Shown here in pieces: positions 35,363-47,794 of a stretch of 64,000 bases of DNA (positions within the stretch are counted from its first letter, which is position 1; the number at the start of each line of letters is the position of its first letter). Source of the stretch: an uncultured Gammaproteobacteria bacterium (GTDB lineage: Bacteria > Myxococcota_A > UBA796 > JAJRTE01); assembly GCA_964418585.1 (NCBI GenBank), contig CAYQMG010000072.1:19121-83120 (forward strand). The letters are read 5' to 3'. Under the pieces are notes generated by a model that made no database searches, was not told the DNA's origin, and saw only the letters and a program-made list of their open reading frames with translations. A program made the position numbers and the translations under genes.

Positions 35363-36871
35363 CTATCGCACCTGAACCAGGTACTGCTCAATGTGGTAGT
35401 CGACAGCGGGCGTGATGATGACGCGCCGGCCGAGCCGTTCTTCGAGATCGGCCAGGTCGGGATAGAGTTCACCGTAAAGCAGGTCTGCAATGGCCGGGTG
35501 GGTGGTGAGATAGATGTTCCGTCCCTCGGACGTGGCCACCTCCCGCTTGATCTGCCGAAAGACCTCGAATGCGATGGTCATGCGGCTCTTGTGGTAACCC
35601 TTGCCATCGCAGTAGGCGCATGGTTCCGAGAGCAGGTGCACCAGGTCCTCGCGTACCCGTTTCCGGGTCATCTCGACGAGGCCCAGCTTGGAGATTTTCA
35701 GGATATTGGTCTTGGCCTTGTCCTCGCGCAAGGCCTCCTCCAGCCCCCGATACACCTTCTCCCGGTTGGCCTCCTTTTCCATGTCTATCAGGTCGATGAT
35801 GATGATCCCTCCAATCGACCTGAGGCGGAGCTGGTAGACGATCTCCTTGATGGCCTCCAGGTTTATCTTGAGCGTGGTCTCCTCGAGGTTGACGGTGCCG
35901 GTGTACTTGCCGGTGTTGACATCGATGGCGGTGAGGGCCTCGGTTTGATCGATGATGAGGTAGCCACCGCTCTTGAGCCACACCTTGCGGCCGAGGGCGC
36001 GATTGATCTCCACCTCGACCCCGTAGGCGTCGAAAATGGGTTCGGAACTGCTGTGGTGATGGACCTGCCCCTTGATACGAGGCATGAAGGACTCGACAAA
36101 GGTGAGAATGTTCTCGTATTCCTCCTTGGAGTCCACGATCAGGCGGTTCACCTCGCTGGTGAACAGGTCACGGACCGCACGGAGAACCAGGTTGAGGTCC
36201 TGGTGAAGGAGCGCCGGGGCGGAGAGGCGATCCCGGTTCTTCAGGAGGTTCTTCCACGACCGCTGAAGAAACTCCATGTCGGCCTTCAGGTTCTTCAGCG
36301 GTTGCCCGTCGCACACGGTGCGAACGATGTACCCGGTGCCCTCTTCCTTGTTCGCCTCCACGAATTCACGCAGACGCCGCCGCTCCTTTTCCTTTTCGAT
36401 CCGGCGACTGATACCCACATGCTCGACCGTGGGCATGAAGACGAGGTAACGACCCGGCAGGGTGATGTGAGAGGTCAGACGGGCTCCCTTGGTCCCCATG
36501 GGGTCCTTGGCCACCTGGACCAGGATCTCCTGCCCTTCCTTGACGAAATCCTCGATGTGAGCATCCGGAGGCACACGGCTGTTGCCGTGCGGCAGCTCTT
36601 CGTCATCGTCCTCAGAACCATCATGCTCGCCGTTTCCGACGAAACTCCTCACAACATCCGAGACATAGAGGAACGCGGCCCTCTCGAGCCCGATATCCAC
36701 GAAAGCCGCCTGCATCCCCGGCAGGACGCGAACGACCTTCCCCTTGTAGACATTGCCGACGTACCCCCTGTCTCTCTCGCGCTCCACGTATAGCTCCATG
36801 AGCTTCCCGTTGTCCATGAGCGCGACCCGGGTTTCACTGCCCGTGCAGTTTACGATGAGATCCAACGACAT
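35363..36871 (-). CDS. rng: Ribonuclease G / RNase E-G family
   Basis: MSLDLIVNCTGSETRVALMDNGKLMELYVER... (S1 domain), DNase-I-like catalytic core and Zn-link CPxC(D)GKG. 502 aa without the RNase E scaffold tail, so it is an RNase-G-type protein. Confidence 0.85.
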   Translation of the reverse strand: MSLDLIVNCTGSETRVALMDNGKLMELYVERERDRGYVGNVYKGKVVRVLPGMQAAFVDIGLERAAFLYVSDVVRSFVGNGEHDGSEDDDEELPHGNSRVPPDAHIEDFVKEGQEILVQVAKDPMGTKGARLTSHITLPGRYLVFMPTVEHVGISRRIEKEKERRRLREFVEANKEEGTGYIVRTVCDGQPLKNLKADMEFLQRSWKNLLKNRDRLSAPALLHQDLNLVLRAVRDLFTSEVNRLIVDSKEEYENILTFVESFMPRIKGQVHHHSSSEPIFDAYGVEVEINRALGRKVWLKSGGYLIIDQTEALTAIDVNTGKYTGTVNLEETTLKINLEAIKEIVYQLRLRSIGGIIIIDLIDMEKEANREKVYRGLEEALREDKAKTNILKISKLGLVEMTRKRVREDLVHLLSEPCAYCDGKGYHKSRMTIAFEVFRQIKREVATSEGRNIYLTTHPAIADLLYGELYPDLADLEERLGRRVIITPAVDYHIEQYLVQVR

Positions 36872-37530
36872 GCGTCATCCTCTGCTGGACCTCGAGCACG
36901 CAGCGCACCAACTCTGTTTTTTGCAGAAGATACTCCCCTCTGGCTTGGCACACCCGAAGGCTCCCAACCGGTTGCTTTCGGTCAAATCCTGGATGCCTCC
37001 AACCTCCTCTCGGCAGCGAACCGAACAGAACGACGGAAATGAATCTGCATGTCCATCCGGGCGAGATCGTGGGCACAGACCCGACTGTCACTCACCCGAA
37101 GGCACACCACCAACAGGACCTATCCGCTGTTTTTCCGGAGCACTTCGGAGTCCTCGTCTCCCGCTCGAGCCTTGGCCATGACGTGCAGAAGGCCAAAAAA
37201 AGGTTTAGAAACTAGAACAAAGAATCCTTTTGTGGTAGCAGGGAAGCAGCCGCGGGTCGCAAACCTTCCATGTCCATCACCCCGTCCATCCCGCCGAAAC
37301 GCCCGCCCGGCGCCGACGCGAATCGTCCACCAGCACAGCTCGTGGGGAGCCCGGCTTGTCGAACCCCGTGGCCGTCATCCACCTGAAAACTGTTGCGCGT
37401 CATCTCAGGAATGTGCCCACGAGCAGACAGATGCTCCGCGGGTACATCTTCTCCGGCGCGTATCATTACCTTACCTGCCAGGGGCCGTGCTGTCAACCGG
37501 GAAGCCTGGATGCGCGGCGAGACGGAACAT

Positions 37531-39965
<2,435 letters not shown>

Positions 39966-40156
39966 TCATACCCCGCGCCACAGATCAAGATGTCGAACGG
40001 CGTGCAGCTCCGAGTGGCGTGTGGCCTGTCCGGGCAAACAAACGGGAAGCAAAAAGGGCTTGACATCGGGCGCATTGTTCCGCGATTCTCGGAGACCCGG
40101 CAGAAAACGGGGAGCCGGAAAGCCGGGACCGGGACGTGCCTGACATCCCGGGCGGC

Positions 40157-40176
40157 GGGCAGGTCCCTGCAGGGAC
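40157..40176. promoter_or_regulatory. Perfect 20-bp palindrome CAGGTCCCTGCAGGGACCTG about 30 nt upstream of the rho -35
   Basis: Read directly from the sequence. No spacer, and centred on CTGCAG. Possible dimeric-regulator operator or RNA hairpin. Confidence 0.3.
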
Positions 40177-40204
40177 CTGAGGGGGATGTGCCGAAAAATA
40201 GACC

Positions 40205-40232
40205 TTGACAATGGTTGGGGGGTTTCTATAAT
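40205..40232 (+). promoter_or_regulatory. Consensus sigma70 promoter for rho (TTGACA-16-TATAAT)
   Basis: ttgacaatggttggggggtttctataat: perfect -35 and -10 hexamers with a 16-nt spacer, in an AT-rich island. Predicts a leader of about 260 nt before rho. Confidence 0.55.
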
Positions 40233-40499
40233 AGGGGTGTCCAGCCGGCACCGTGCTGAGTGAACGAGCCGCCGCCGAGAATCAGGCAAGACAGTATCCC
40301 AGACAAGCTGATCGAAGAAGTCCGACCAACAGAAGTGTTGTTCAAGCAACGGTTCAGACCATAGCAGAAGACATGACATTACCGTGTCAACGCAACGAAG
40401 AATAGGCCGAATGTCATCAGACTCCTCGGCGTGAGGACGTGGAGGGGCCAACCTCATCGGTGAAGTGATTCCCACCATTGTTGTCTATTCTCATCCATC

Positions 40500-41768
40500 A
40501 TGAAGAGAGACGTCATGCAACTCAATCTCAAAGAACTAAAGCAGAAGAGGATCAACGAACTGACCACCATTGCGAAGCGCATGAGGGTCGAGAATGCGTC
40601 GAGCCTGAGGAAGCAGGAGCTGATTTTTGCGATCCTGCAGGCGCAGGCGGAGAAGAACGGAGTGATATTCGGGGAGGGGGTGCTCGAGTGTCTTCCGGAC
40701 GGATTTGGGTTCCTGCGTGCGCCGGACTACAATTACCTTCCCGGTCCGGATGACATTTATGTATCGCCCTCGCAGATTCGCCGGTTCAACCTTCGCACCG
40801 GGGACACGGTTGCGGGGCAGATTCGGCCGCCCAAGGACTCGGAGCGCTACTTCGCACTGCTCAAGGTCGAGACGATCAACTATGAAGACCCGGAGGTGGC
40901 CCGGGACAAGATCCTTTTCGACAACCTGACGCCGCTGTATCCGGACGAAAAGTTCTCGCTCGAGTTCGAGCCGACGAACTACTCGACGCGGATCATCGAC
41001 CTGCTGACGCCCATTGGCAAGGGGCAGCGTGGCCTCATCGTGTCTCCGCCGCGGACCGGCAAGACGATTCTGCTGCAGAACATTGCCAACGCTATCACGG
41101 CGAACCATCCCGAGGTGGTTCTGATCGTGCTCCTCATCGACGAGCGTCCTGAGGAAGTGACGGACATGCAGCGGAACGTGCAGGGGGAGGTGATTTCGTC
41201 CACGTTTGACGAACCGGCGTCGCGGCACGTGCAAGTTGCGGAGATGGTGATCGAGAAGGCGAAGCGCCTGGTGGAGCACAAGCGGGACGTGGTGATTCTT
41301 CTGGATTCGATCACGCGCCTGGCTCGAGCCTACAACACGGTGGTGCCGCCTTCGGGCAAGATCCTGTCCGGCGGTGTCGATTCCAATGCATTGCACCGGC
41401 CGAAGCGGTTTTTCGGGGCAGCGCGAAACATCGAGGAGGGTGGAAGTCTCACCATCCTGGGCACGGCGCTCATCGACACCGGGTCGCGGATGGACGAGGT
41501 CATTTTCGAGGAATTCAAGGGAACGGGCAACATGGAGATCCACCTGGATCGGCGCCTCGTGGAGAAGCGGATCTACCCTGCGATCGACATCAACAAGTCG
41601 GGAACGCGCAAGGAAGAGCTGCTGCTTGAGCAGGACGTTCTCAACAAGATCTGGGTGCTGCGCAAGGTGCTCTCCCCGTTGAACAGCATCGACAGCATGG
41701 AGTTCCTCCTGGACAAGTTCATGAAGACGAAGGACAATGCGGAGTTCCTGGCTGCGATGAACAGCTAG
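40500..41768 (+). CDS. rho: Transcription termination factor Rho
   Basis: Near-identical over long stretches to canonical Rho ([100 protein letters not shown]). The alternative start at MQLNL (40515) is equally possible. Confidence 0.9.
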   Translation: MKRDVMQLNLKELKQKRINELTTIAKRMRVENASSLRKQELIFAILQAQAEKNGVIFGEGVLECLPDGFGFLRAPDYNYLPGPDDIYVSPSQIRRFNLRTGDTVAGQIRPPKDSERYFALLKVETINYEDPEVARDKILFDNLTPLYPDEKFSLEFEPTNYSTRIIDLLTPIGKGQRGLIVSPPRTGKTILLQNIANAITANHPEVVLIVLLIDERPEEVTDMQRNVQGEVISSTFDEPASRHVQVAEMVIEKAKRLVEHKRDVVILLDSITRLARAYNTVVPPSGKILSGGVDSNALHRPKRFFGAARNIEEGGSLTILGTALIDTGSRMDEVIFEEFKGTGNMEIHLDRRLVEKRIYPAIDINKSGTRKEELLLEQDVLNKIWVLRKVLSPLNSIDSMEFLLDKFMKTKDNAEFLAAMNS

Positions 41769-41831
41769 CCCTCCCCGGGCCCGCCCGTGGGGCGTTCCCC
41801 TGGCGCGCACCCGACCGGTTCGATGATTCGA

Positions 41832-41860
41832 CCCGGATGGAGGCCGCCGGGGGTTTTTGT
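41832..41860 (+). terminator. Intrinsic terminator downstream of rho
   Basis: cccgg-atggaggccg-ccggg, then ggtttttgtt: a GC stem followed by a T-run about 65 nt after the rho stop. Confidence 0.45.
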
Positions 41861-41863
41861 TCG

Positions 41864-41892
41864 TTGCAACGGGAAAGATTTGTTTCTATAGT
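41864..41892 (+). promoter_or_regulatory. Sigma70-like promoter for rpmE (TTGCAA-17-TATAGT)
   Basis: ttgcaacgggaaagatttgtttctatagt, about 80 nt upstream of the rpmE ATG. Confidence 0.45.
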
Positions 41893-41973
41893 GTTGGGCG
41901 ATTTTCGTCGAGACCCTTCACGGACCATTCTGTCGCCTCCCGCCACGGGCGGAGCGACCCAGGGAAAGATACC

Positions 41974-42192
41974 ATGAAGAAAGGCATTCATCCGGAATAC
42001 CACGACGTGGTCATTCAGTGTGTCTGCGGAAACCAGATCCCCACACGCTCCACGTTGAAGAAAATCAACGTCGAAATCTGTTCCGCCTGCCACCCGTTCT
42101 TCACCGGCAAGCACAAAATCGTGGACACCGCCGGTCGGGTGGAGCGGTTCATGCGCAAGTACAACCTCACCGGGCTCGAGACAGAAGGCTAG
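41974..42192 (+). CDS. rpmE: 50S ribosomal protein L31 (Zn-binding type)
   Basis: [65 protein letters not shown]: canonical L31 with a CxxC...CxxC motif. The listed ORF opens upstream without support. Confidence 0.9.
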   Translation: MKKGIHPEYHDVVIQCVCGNQIPTRSTLKKINVEICSACHPFFTGKHKIVDTAGRVERFMRKYNLTGLETEG

Positions 42193-42484
42193 ACGTGGCA
42201 ACGGCTGCCGGGCGTTCCGCCTGTGAGCGGTTCCGGACAGGGACCACCTCCCGGACCCCACTCCGGCTCCAGCCCGGCTCCCCATCCCGGCAACGTGCGG
42301 GCTCCGGTCACAACCCGACCCGTCTCACGGCGCCCAGGAACACCTGGACCTGGGACATCCGCGAGACGCAATCAGAACGCCCGCAACGTTCTTCCGGCAG
42401 GGTGTAGGTGCGCGCGCGTTGCAGTGTGCCGGACGCTGCCAGGCTTGGCGAGCGCAACCGAACCGGGCCGCCTCCCGGGAAAGG

Positions 42485-43567
42485 ATGGTGTCGGTGTTCT
42501 CCAAACTCGACGAAGTGCTCACCAGGTTCGATCGGCTCACCGAGCAACTCAGTGACCCCGAGATCGTCCGATCACCGAAACGATTGCGAGAGATCGCCAA
42601 GGAACGCGCCGACCTCGAACCCATCGTGGTGAGCTATCGGCGATACAAGCAGGTGGAGGCAGAACTTCAGGATGTCAAGGAGTTGCTGCGGGACTCCGAC
42701 CCCGACATGCGCGCAGCCGCCAAGGAAGAACTGGCCAGCCTGGAACGGGAAAAGGAAACCCTCGCAGATACCCTGCGACGCCAAATGCTGCCTCGAGACC
42801 CCAACGACGCCCGCAACGTGGTCCTGGAAATCCGCGCGGGAACCGGTGGAGAAGAGGCAAGCCTGTTTGCTGCCGACCTGTTCCGCATGTTCAGTCGGTA
42901 CTGTGAACGCAACCACTGGAAGATGGAAATTCTGTCTCAGAGTGTGTCCGAAATGGGCGGCTTCAAAGAGGTCATCGCCCTGATCGAAGGCAAAAACGTT
43001 TACAGTCGGCTCAAGTACGAGTCCGGGGTTCATCGGGTGCAGCGCGTGCCGGAAACCGAGAGTCAGGGACGGATCCACACCTCGGCGGTCACGGTGGCGG
43101 TCCTCCCCGAGGCGGAAGAGGTGGACGTACAGATCGATGAGCGGGATCTCCAGATCGACGTGTTCCGGTCGTCCGGTCCTGGTGGACAGAGCGTGAACAC
43201 GACCGATTCTGCGGTGCGGATCACCCACATTCCGACGGGCATGGTGGTGGTGTGCCAGGACGAGAAGAGTCAGCTCAAAAACAAGAACAAGGCGCTGAAA
43301 GTGCTGCGAGCGCGGTTGTTGGAGCGGGAGCAGGCGCGGGCTGCGGAGGAGTTGTCGCAGACGCGGCGGGCGATGATCGGGACAGGGGACCGTTCCGAGC
43401 GGATCCGGACGTACAATTTTCCCCAGGGCCGGGTGTCGGATCATCGTATCGGTCTCACGATCTACAAGCTTGAATCGTTCCTGGATGGGGAGATGGACGA
43501 GGTGATCGACGCGCTTGCCGCCCATTTCGAGGCGGAGCAACTCCAGGCCGAGTCCGGGAGAGCCTGA
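42485..43567 (+). CDS. prfA: Peptide chain release factor 1
   Basis: GGQ motif ([24 protein letters not shown]). Codon-recognition tripeptide region [10 protein letters not shown] (PxT-type, RF1-like). ATG at 42485 with GGGAAAGG RBS. Confidence 0.9.
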   Translation: MVSVFSKLDEVLTRFDRLTEQLSDPEIVRSPKRLREIAKERADLEPIVVSYRRYKQVEAELQDVKELLRDSDPDMRAAAKEELASLEREKETLADTLRRQMLPRDPNDARNVVLEIRAGTGGEEASLFAADLFRMFSRYCERNHWKMEILSQSVSEMGGFKEVIALIEGKNVYSRLKYESGVHRVQRVPETESQGRIHTSAVTVAVLPEAEEVDVQIDERDLQIDVFRSSGPGGQSVNTTDSAVRITHIPTGMVVVCQDEKSQLKNKNKALKVLRARLLEREQARAAEELSQTRRAMIGTGDRSERIRTYNFPQGRVSDHRIGLTIYKLESFLDGEMDEVIDALAAHFEAEQLQAESGRA

Positions 43568-43572
43568 TCACC

Positions 43573-44646
43573 ATGGGCTGGACGGTCCTCGACGTACTCA
43601 ACTGGACGACATCGCACTTCAAGCGCCATGGGGTGCCCACCCCTCGCCTCGATGCCGAGGTGCTTCTTGCCGACACACTTGCCATGGATCGTGTCCGTCT
43701 GTACACGAGCTTTGACAAGCCCCTGACCAGCCCGGAGTTGACCCGATTTCGAGCGCGCGTCAAGGCCCGGTGCGCCCGGAAACCGGTGGCCTACATTACC
43801 GGCCGAAAGGAGTTCTATGCCCTGGAGTTCGAGGTCGGCCCGGGGTGTCTGATTCCGAGGCCGGACACCGAGGTCCTGGTGGAGGAGGCGGTAACCCTGC
43901 TGGGACGTCGCAAGAGGAAGCCCCAGGCTCGACACCTGCCCTGGCGTCCGAATCTCGAGCAGGAAGAGGCAGGAGAAGCGATCGGTTCTGAGGAAGGGGA
44001 CGGGGCGAACCCGGAGGACGATCCAGCCGCGCGAAGAGGGGGGCCAGCGCAGGAGGAGTCGGGCAGCGATGGGAGCGCCGACGCGGCGGATACGACCACT
44101 GCCGAGCCTCCGCTGGTACTGGACCTGTGTACAGGCGCAGGGATCATTCCGATCTGTCTGGCTCGTGAAACGCCTTGCCGTGTGATCGGCGTGGACATTG
44201 CGCCCCGGGCCGTCCAGTACGCGAAAAAGAACGTCGCGCGGTATCACCTGGAATCTCAGGTGGCCATCGTGGAAGGGGACCTGCTTCAGCCCGTCCCTCG
44301 ACGGTTTCGGGGCCGATTCGCCCTGGTGACAGCCAACCCGCCCTACCTCACACCCGGGATGCTCGATCAAGCTGCTCCGGAAATCAACCGATACGAACCG
44401 CGAACCGCGCTCCTCGGAGGTCCGGACGGGCTGGAAGTGTGCCGGCGGATCGTGGCCGAGGCGCCTGCCTGGATGGCGCCCGGGGGATGGCTCCTGATCG
44501 AGATCGGCACCACTGCCCAGGCCCGGTCCGTGGAGGAGGGCATGTTTCGGGCTGGTCTGGTGGATTGCTACACGCGCAACGACCTGTCCGGGCAAGTGCG
44601 GGTGGTGGTGGGGCGCAAGCCGGGTTCGTCATCCGAGACCGCGTAG
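43573..44646 (+). CDS. prmC: Release factor glutamine N5-methyltransferase PrmC/HemK
   Basis: NPPY motif (VTANPPYLTPG) and SAM-binding LDLCTGAGI. Contains an acidic low-complexity insertion of about 60 aa between the N-terminal domain and the MTase domain. Sits immediately downstream of prfA, as usual. Confidence 0.85.
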   Translation: MGWTVLDVLNWTTSHFKRHGVPTPRLDAEVLLADTLAMDRVRLYTSFDKPLTSPELTRFRARVKARCARKPVAYITGRKEFYALEFEVGPGCLIPRPDTEVLVEEAVTLLGRRKRKPQARHLPWRPNLEQEEAGEAIGSEEGDGANPEDDPAARRGGPAQEESGSDGSADAADTTTAEPPLVLDLCTGAGIIPICLARETPCRVIGVDIAPRAVQYAKKNVARYHLESQVAIVEGDLLQPVPRRFRGRFALVTANPPYLTPGMLDQAAPEINRYEPRTALLGGPDGLEVCRRIVAEAPAWMAPGGWLLIEIGTTAQARSVEEGMFRAGLVDCYTRNDLSGQVRVVVGRKPGSSSETA

Positions 44647-44649
44647 CGC

Positions 44650-45663
44650 TCAAGCTCCGAATTTTTGGGAAAGATTCAACACCAGGTCGGCCACACGCTC
44701 GGCGGTGGCCACCTCGATGTCCTGGGGCACATTCTGGCCCAGCCCGAGGTAGGCCAAGGGACGGCCGCACCAGTGCGGGGCGTTCAGCAGGATACCGTGG
44801 GACCGACTTTCATCCAGCTTGGTGACGATGAGGCCATCATACCGGAGTGGGTCGAACCGTTTCAGGATGTCCCGGGTGTCGGAATGCTTGGTGGTGGCGC
44901 TGATGACCAGGTGGGTGTGGATCCGATCCTCGACGCCAAGCAGTTCCTGGACCTCCTTCAACCGCGCCTCGTCATGCGGCCCTTGCCCGGCCGTATCGAT
45001 GAACACCAGCTCGAGTTCCGAATAAGACGCCAGGGCCTCCCGCATCTGGTCCCGGTCCTCGGCCACGATCAAGGGTAGCTCGAGAAGGCGGGCATAGGCA
45101 CTCAACTGCTCGACTGCAGCCACCCGGTACGTATCGGTGGAAATCAGGCCCACCTTGCGCCCGTCCTTGAACGATGAGAGCGCGGCGAGCTTGGCGAGCG
45201 TCGTGGACTTGCCGACCCCGGTGGGACCGACCAGGGCGACCACGGTCTGGCCCCCTCGAGCGACCTTCAGAGGTCCGGTGACCGAGACCCATCGCATGAC
45301 CACTTCGGCCGCGGCGGCCGCCACGTCCTTGTCGTTGCCCCAGTGCGCCTCCGGCAGGATCCGACACACCTCTTGCACCAGGCCCCGGGCCATGACCGGT
45401 TCGACTTCCTCGAGGTTCAGCCGGTCAGCAAGGCGTCGCAACGCGCCGGTCAACTGGGGGCCGACCGGGGCGACCAAGGGTGCCGTCTCCCGCGATGGCC
45501 GCTCCGGCTCTTCCGGTGGGAGCCCGAGGGACACGGGCCGGGCCGGGGCGGAGAACCAGTTGATCAGCCGCGTAAACCACGACGGCGACGTGGGTGCTCG
45601 TTCCGCTTTGGTCGGCGAGTTGTCAGAGTTCATCGTTGTGCTTGTGCAAGGGCTTCGCCCCAC
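44650..45663 (-). CDS. flhF: FlhF-like SRP-family GTPase (orphan)
   Basis: G1 GPTGVGKSTT, DTYRVAAVEQL, FIDTAGQ and IVTKLDES motifs. The GPTGVGKxTT form is the FlhF rather than Ffh/FtsY signature. GTG start with GGAAAGG RBS. No flhA or flhG adjacent. Confidence 0.6.
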   Translation of the reverse strand: MGRSPCTSTTMNSDNSPTKAERAPTSPSWFTRLINWFSAPARPVSLGLPPEEPERPSRETAPLVAPVGPQLTGALRRLADRLNLEEVEPVMARGLVQEVCRILPEAHWGNDKDVAAAAAEVVMRWVSVTGPLKVARGGQTVVALVGPTGVGKSTTLAKLAALSSFKDGRKVGLISTDTYRVAAVEQLSAYARLLELPLIVAEDRDQMREALASYSELELVFIDTAGQGPHDEARLKEVQELLGVEDRIHTHLVISATTKHSDTRDILKRFDPLRYDGLIVTKLDESRSHGILLNAPHWCGRPLAYLGLGQNVPQDIEVATAERVADLVLNLSQKFGA

Positions 45664-46321
45664 GCACCTTTCCCAGCAGCTCTTCGAGATGCCTGTTCAT
45701 TTCCTCCGGAGACGGCGGACGCTCCAGGCGCGGCACCTCGGCCCTATCCTGCTCGTCGCCACGCACCGCCAGACGGTCCAGTGCCCACCCGTCCACGCCG
45801 GCCAGGTCGGGCAAGCTCGGTCCGACCGGGGCATCCACACCGACTCCGCCACCCGTCCCCCGGGATTCCACCGTCGAGGGGTGCACCTTGGAACGGTGGA
45901 CCCTTCGCCACGCTACCAGGACGAGTATCGCCGACAGCCCCCCTCCGATGACCATCCCAATCGTGCCGCCCAACGGCCACCGCGACGCCTCGCTCTGCAA
46001 GGGGGGAGGCTCCGCCTGGTCGCGCGACAGGATGTCCTGAATCGGAGCCACGTCCGCAGGAGCCTCCCGGCGAGAACTCAGCTCCGGAGCCGCGATTCGC
46101 CAGGCCCCGTACAGGTCCGGCGTCCGGATACCCTGTCCTTGAGGCTGCACCGCTTCCAGCCGATCTACCGCACTGCCATACAGCTCACTCGTGGCCGAAG
46201 CCGGGCGTGCTCCCACCATCAACGCCAGCCCCCCCAAGGCCAAGGCGAGACGGAGCCCCACCATCGGCACACCTGCCACGGTCCCGCAAAGCCCTTTGTG
46301 GACCTGGTCTCGACCCGACAT
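45623..46321 (-). CDS. Hypothetical membrane/secreted protein upstream of flhF-like
   Basis: Signal-peptide-like stretch (MVGLRLALALGGLALMVGARPASA) plus one further TM segment. No recognisable domain. The start is uncertain, and it overlaps the flhF-like 5' end. Confidence 0.3.
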   Translation of the reverse strand: MSGRDQVHKGLCGTVAGVPMVGLRLALALGGLALMVGARPASATSELYGSAVDRLEAVQPQGQGIRTPDLYGAWRIAAPELSSRREAPADVAPIQDILSRDQAEPPPLQSEASRWPLGGTIGMVIGGGLSAILVLVAWRRVHRSKVHPSTVESRGTGGGVGVDAPVGPSLPDLAGVDGWALDRLAVRGDEQDRAEVPRLERPPSPEEMNRHLEELLGKVRGAKPLHKHNDEL

Positions 46322-46634
46322 CGTGACCCTCGAGACGGCCTCCGAACCCTCTTCCCTCGCACCCAAGCGGGCGCAGCCTCACCTCGTCGTGTTCACTATG
46401 TACCGCGATCAAGGCGCAAGCGCAATGAATAAGCGCGGCTCACGAACCCTTCTCCGCGCATTTCACTTCCGCCCCGGGCTGGATGTGTGCTAAACAGCGC
46501 TTCGTGGTCCATGGTGCGGAGCGCCCTCCATTGCTCACCGCCCCCTGGAATCCGGGCACAGGATCGGTGAGCAGACGGTTCCGGGCGTCCCACTCGAGAT
46601 GAGGTGGAACCTTCAGACGAGCAGGAGAGGACTC

Positions 46635-47711
46635 ATGACACGGCAACAACGGTGCAACCTCACCGCCATGGTTCAGGCGGCCGGTTGAGCGTCCAAGCTG
46701 GGCCCAACGGTGTTGGGCGATACACTGGCTCGGTTGCCGCTCGTGGCCGACAGCCGGTTGCTCGTGGGGTTCGGAACCTCGGACGATGCGGCCGTCTATC
46801 GACTGGGCGACGACCTGGCCCTGGTGCAGACGGTGGACTTCTTCACCCCCATCGTCGACGATCCTTACTGGTTCGGCCGAATCGCGGCCTCGAACGCGCT
46901 CTCCGACGTGTACGCCATGGGCGGACACCCGCTCACGGCGATGAACATCGTCTGTTTCCCGGAAAAAACCCTGGGGATGGACGTGCTGGACCGAATCCTG
47001 AGAGGAGGATTGGATGCCATCAACGAGGCGGGCGCCACCCTGGTCGGAGGACACACGGTCAGCGACCCCGAACCCAAGTACGGCCTCGCAGTGACCGGCA
47101 CCATCCATCCCGACGAGGTGATCAGCAATGGGGGAGCACGACCGGGGGACCTCCTGGTCCTGACCAAGCCCATCGGAACCGGCATCCTGTGCACAGCCCA
47201 CAAGCGCGGGGAACTACCCGACGAGAAGCTCGAGCCGGTGGTCAAGGTCATGGCGGCTCTGAACCGCGCGGCCGCTGGGGCCATGCGCACGCTCGGTGTC
47301 CGGGGGGCCACAGACGTGACCGGCTTCGGACTCCTGGGCCACGCCCTGGAACTGGCCCGCGCAAGCAACGTCACGCTCGAGATCCATGCCAACCGAGTCC
47401 CGTTACTCCAGGGCACCCTCGAATACATCGAGCGAGGCACCGTGCCCGGAGGGACCAAGAAGAATCGAAAGCACGCGCTCCCTCATGCGACGGTCTCGCC
47501 CGCTGTTCCCGACCCCCTCCTCCTGGCTCTGTGCGACGCGCAGACCTCGGGGGGGCTCCTCATCGCCGTCCCGGGCGACCGGGCACACGACATCGCATCC
47601 GCATTCGAAAAAGCGGGCCACCTGGAGCACGCGGTCATCGGGCAAGTGACCGAGCGAGGGGAAACGCCCCTGGTCGTCGTCCCGGGAGGCAAGGATGAAG
47701 CGATGTTCTGA
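46635..47711 (+). CDS. selD: Selenide, water dikinase SelD, a selenoprotein with an in-frame UGA (Sec) at 46686-46688
   Basis: The listed ORF (46710..47711) begins at ...LGDTLARL, equivalent to E. coli residue ~25. Translating the same frame upstream gives MTRQQRCNLTAMVQAAG-[TGA]-ASKLGPTVLGDTL..., which aligns with E. coli RLTQYSHGAGCGCKI with the TGA at the catalytic Cys17 position. AGGAGAGG RBS before the ATG at 46635. The rest matches SelD strongly (GRIAASNALSDVYAMGG, ATDVTGFGLLGH). Confidence 0.8.
46700..46720 (+). ncRNA. SECIS-like hairpin (CCCAAC-GGU-GUUGGG) about 14 nt downstream of the selD UGA
   Basis: Perfect 6-bp stem with a GGU apical loop inside the selD mRNA, at the spacing expected for a bacterial SECIS. 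Confidence 0.4.
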
Positions 47712-47794
47712 TTTCGCGCGCCGGTCCCCTGCGCCGTCCCCTTGACAAGACGCGACTCGAACCGGCGGCGGACCGCCCCCCCGAACCCTGCTAC

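Noticed and set aside
36872-37530. tRNA or other structured RNA gene in the long rng upstream gap
   Set aside because: I could not find a convincing cloverleaf (no GTTCRANYC T-loop with flanking complementary stems, no CCA context) or RNase P/6S signatures by eye. It is left as an open observation rather than a feature.
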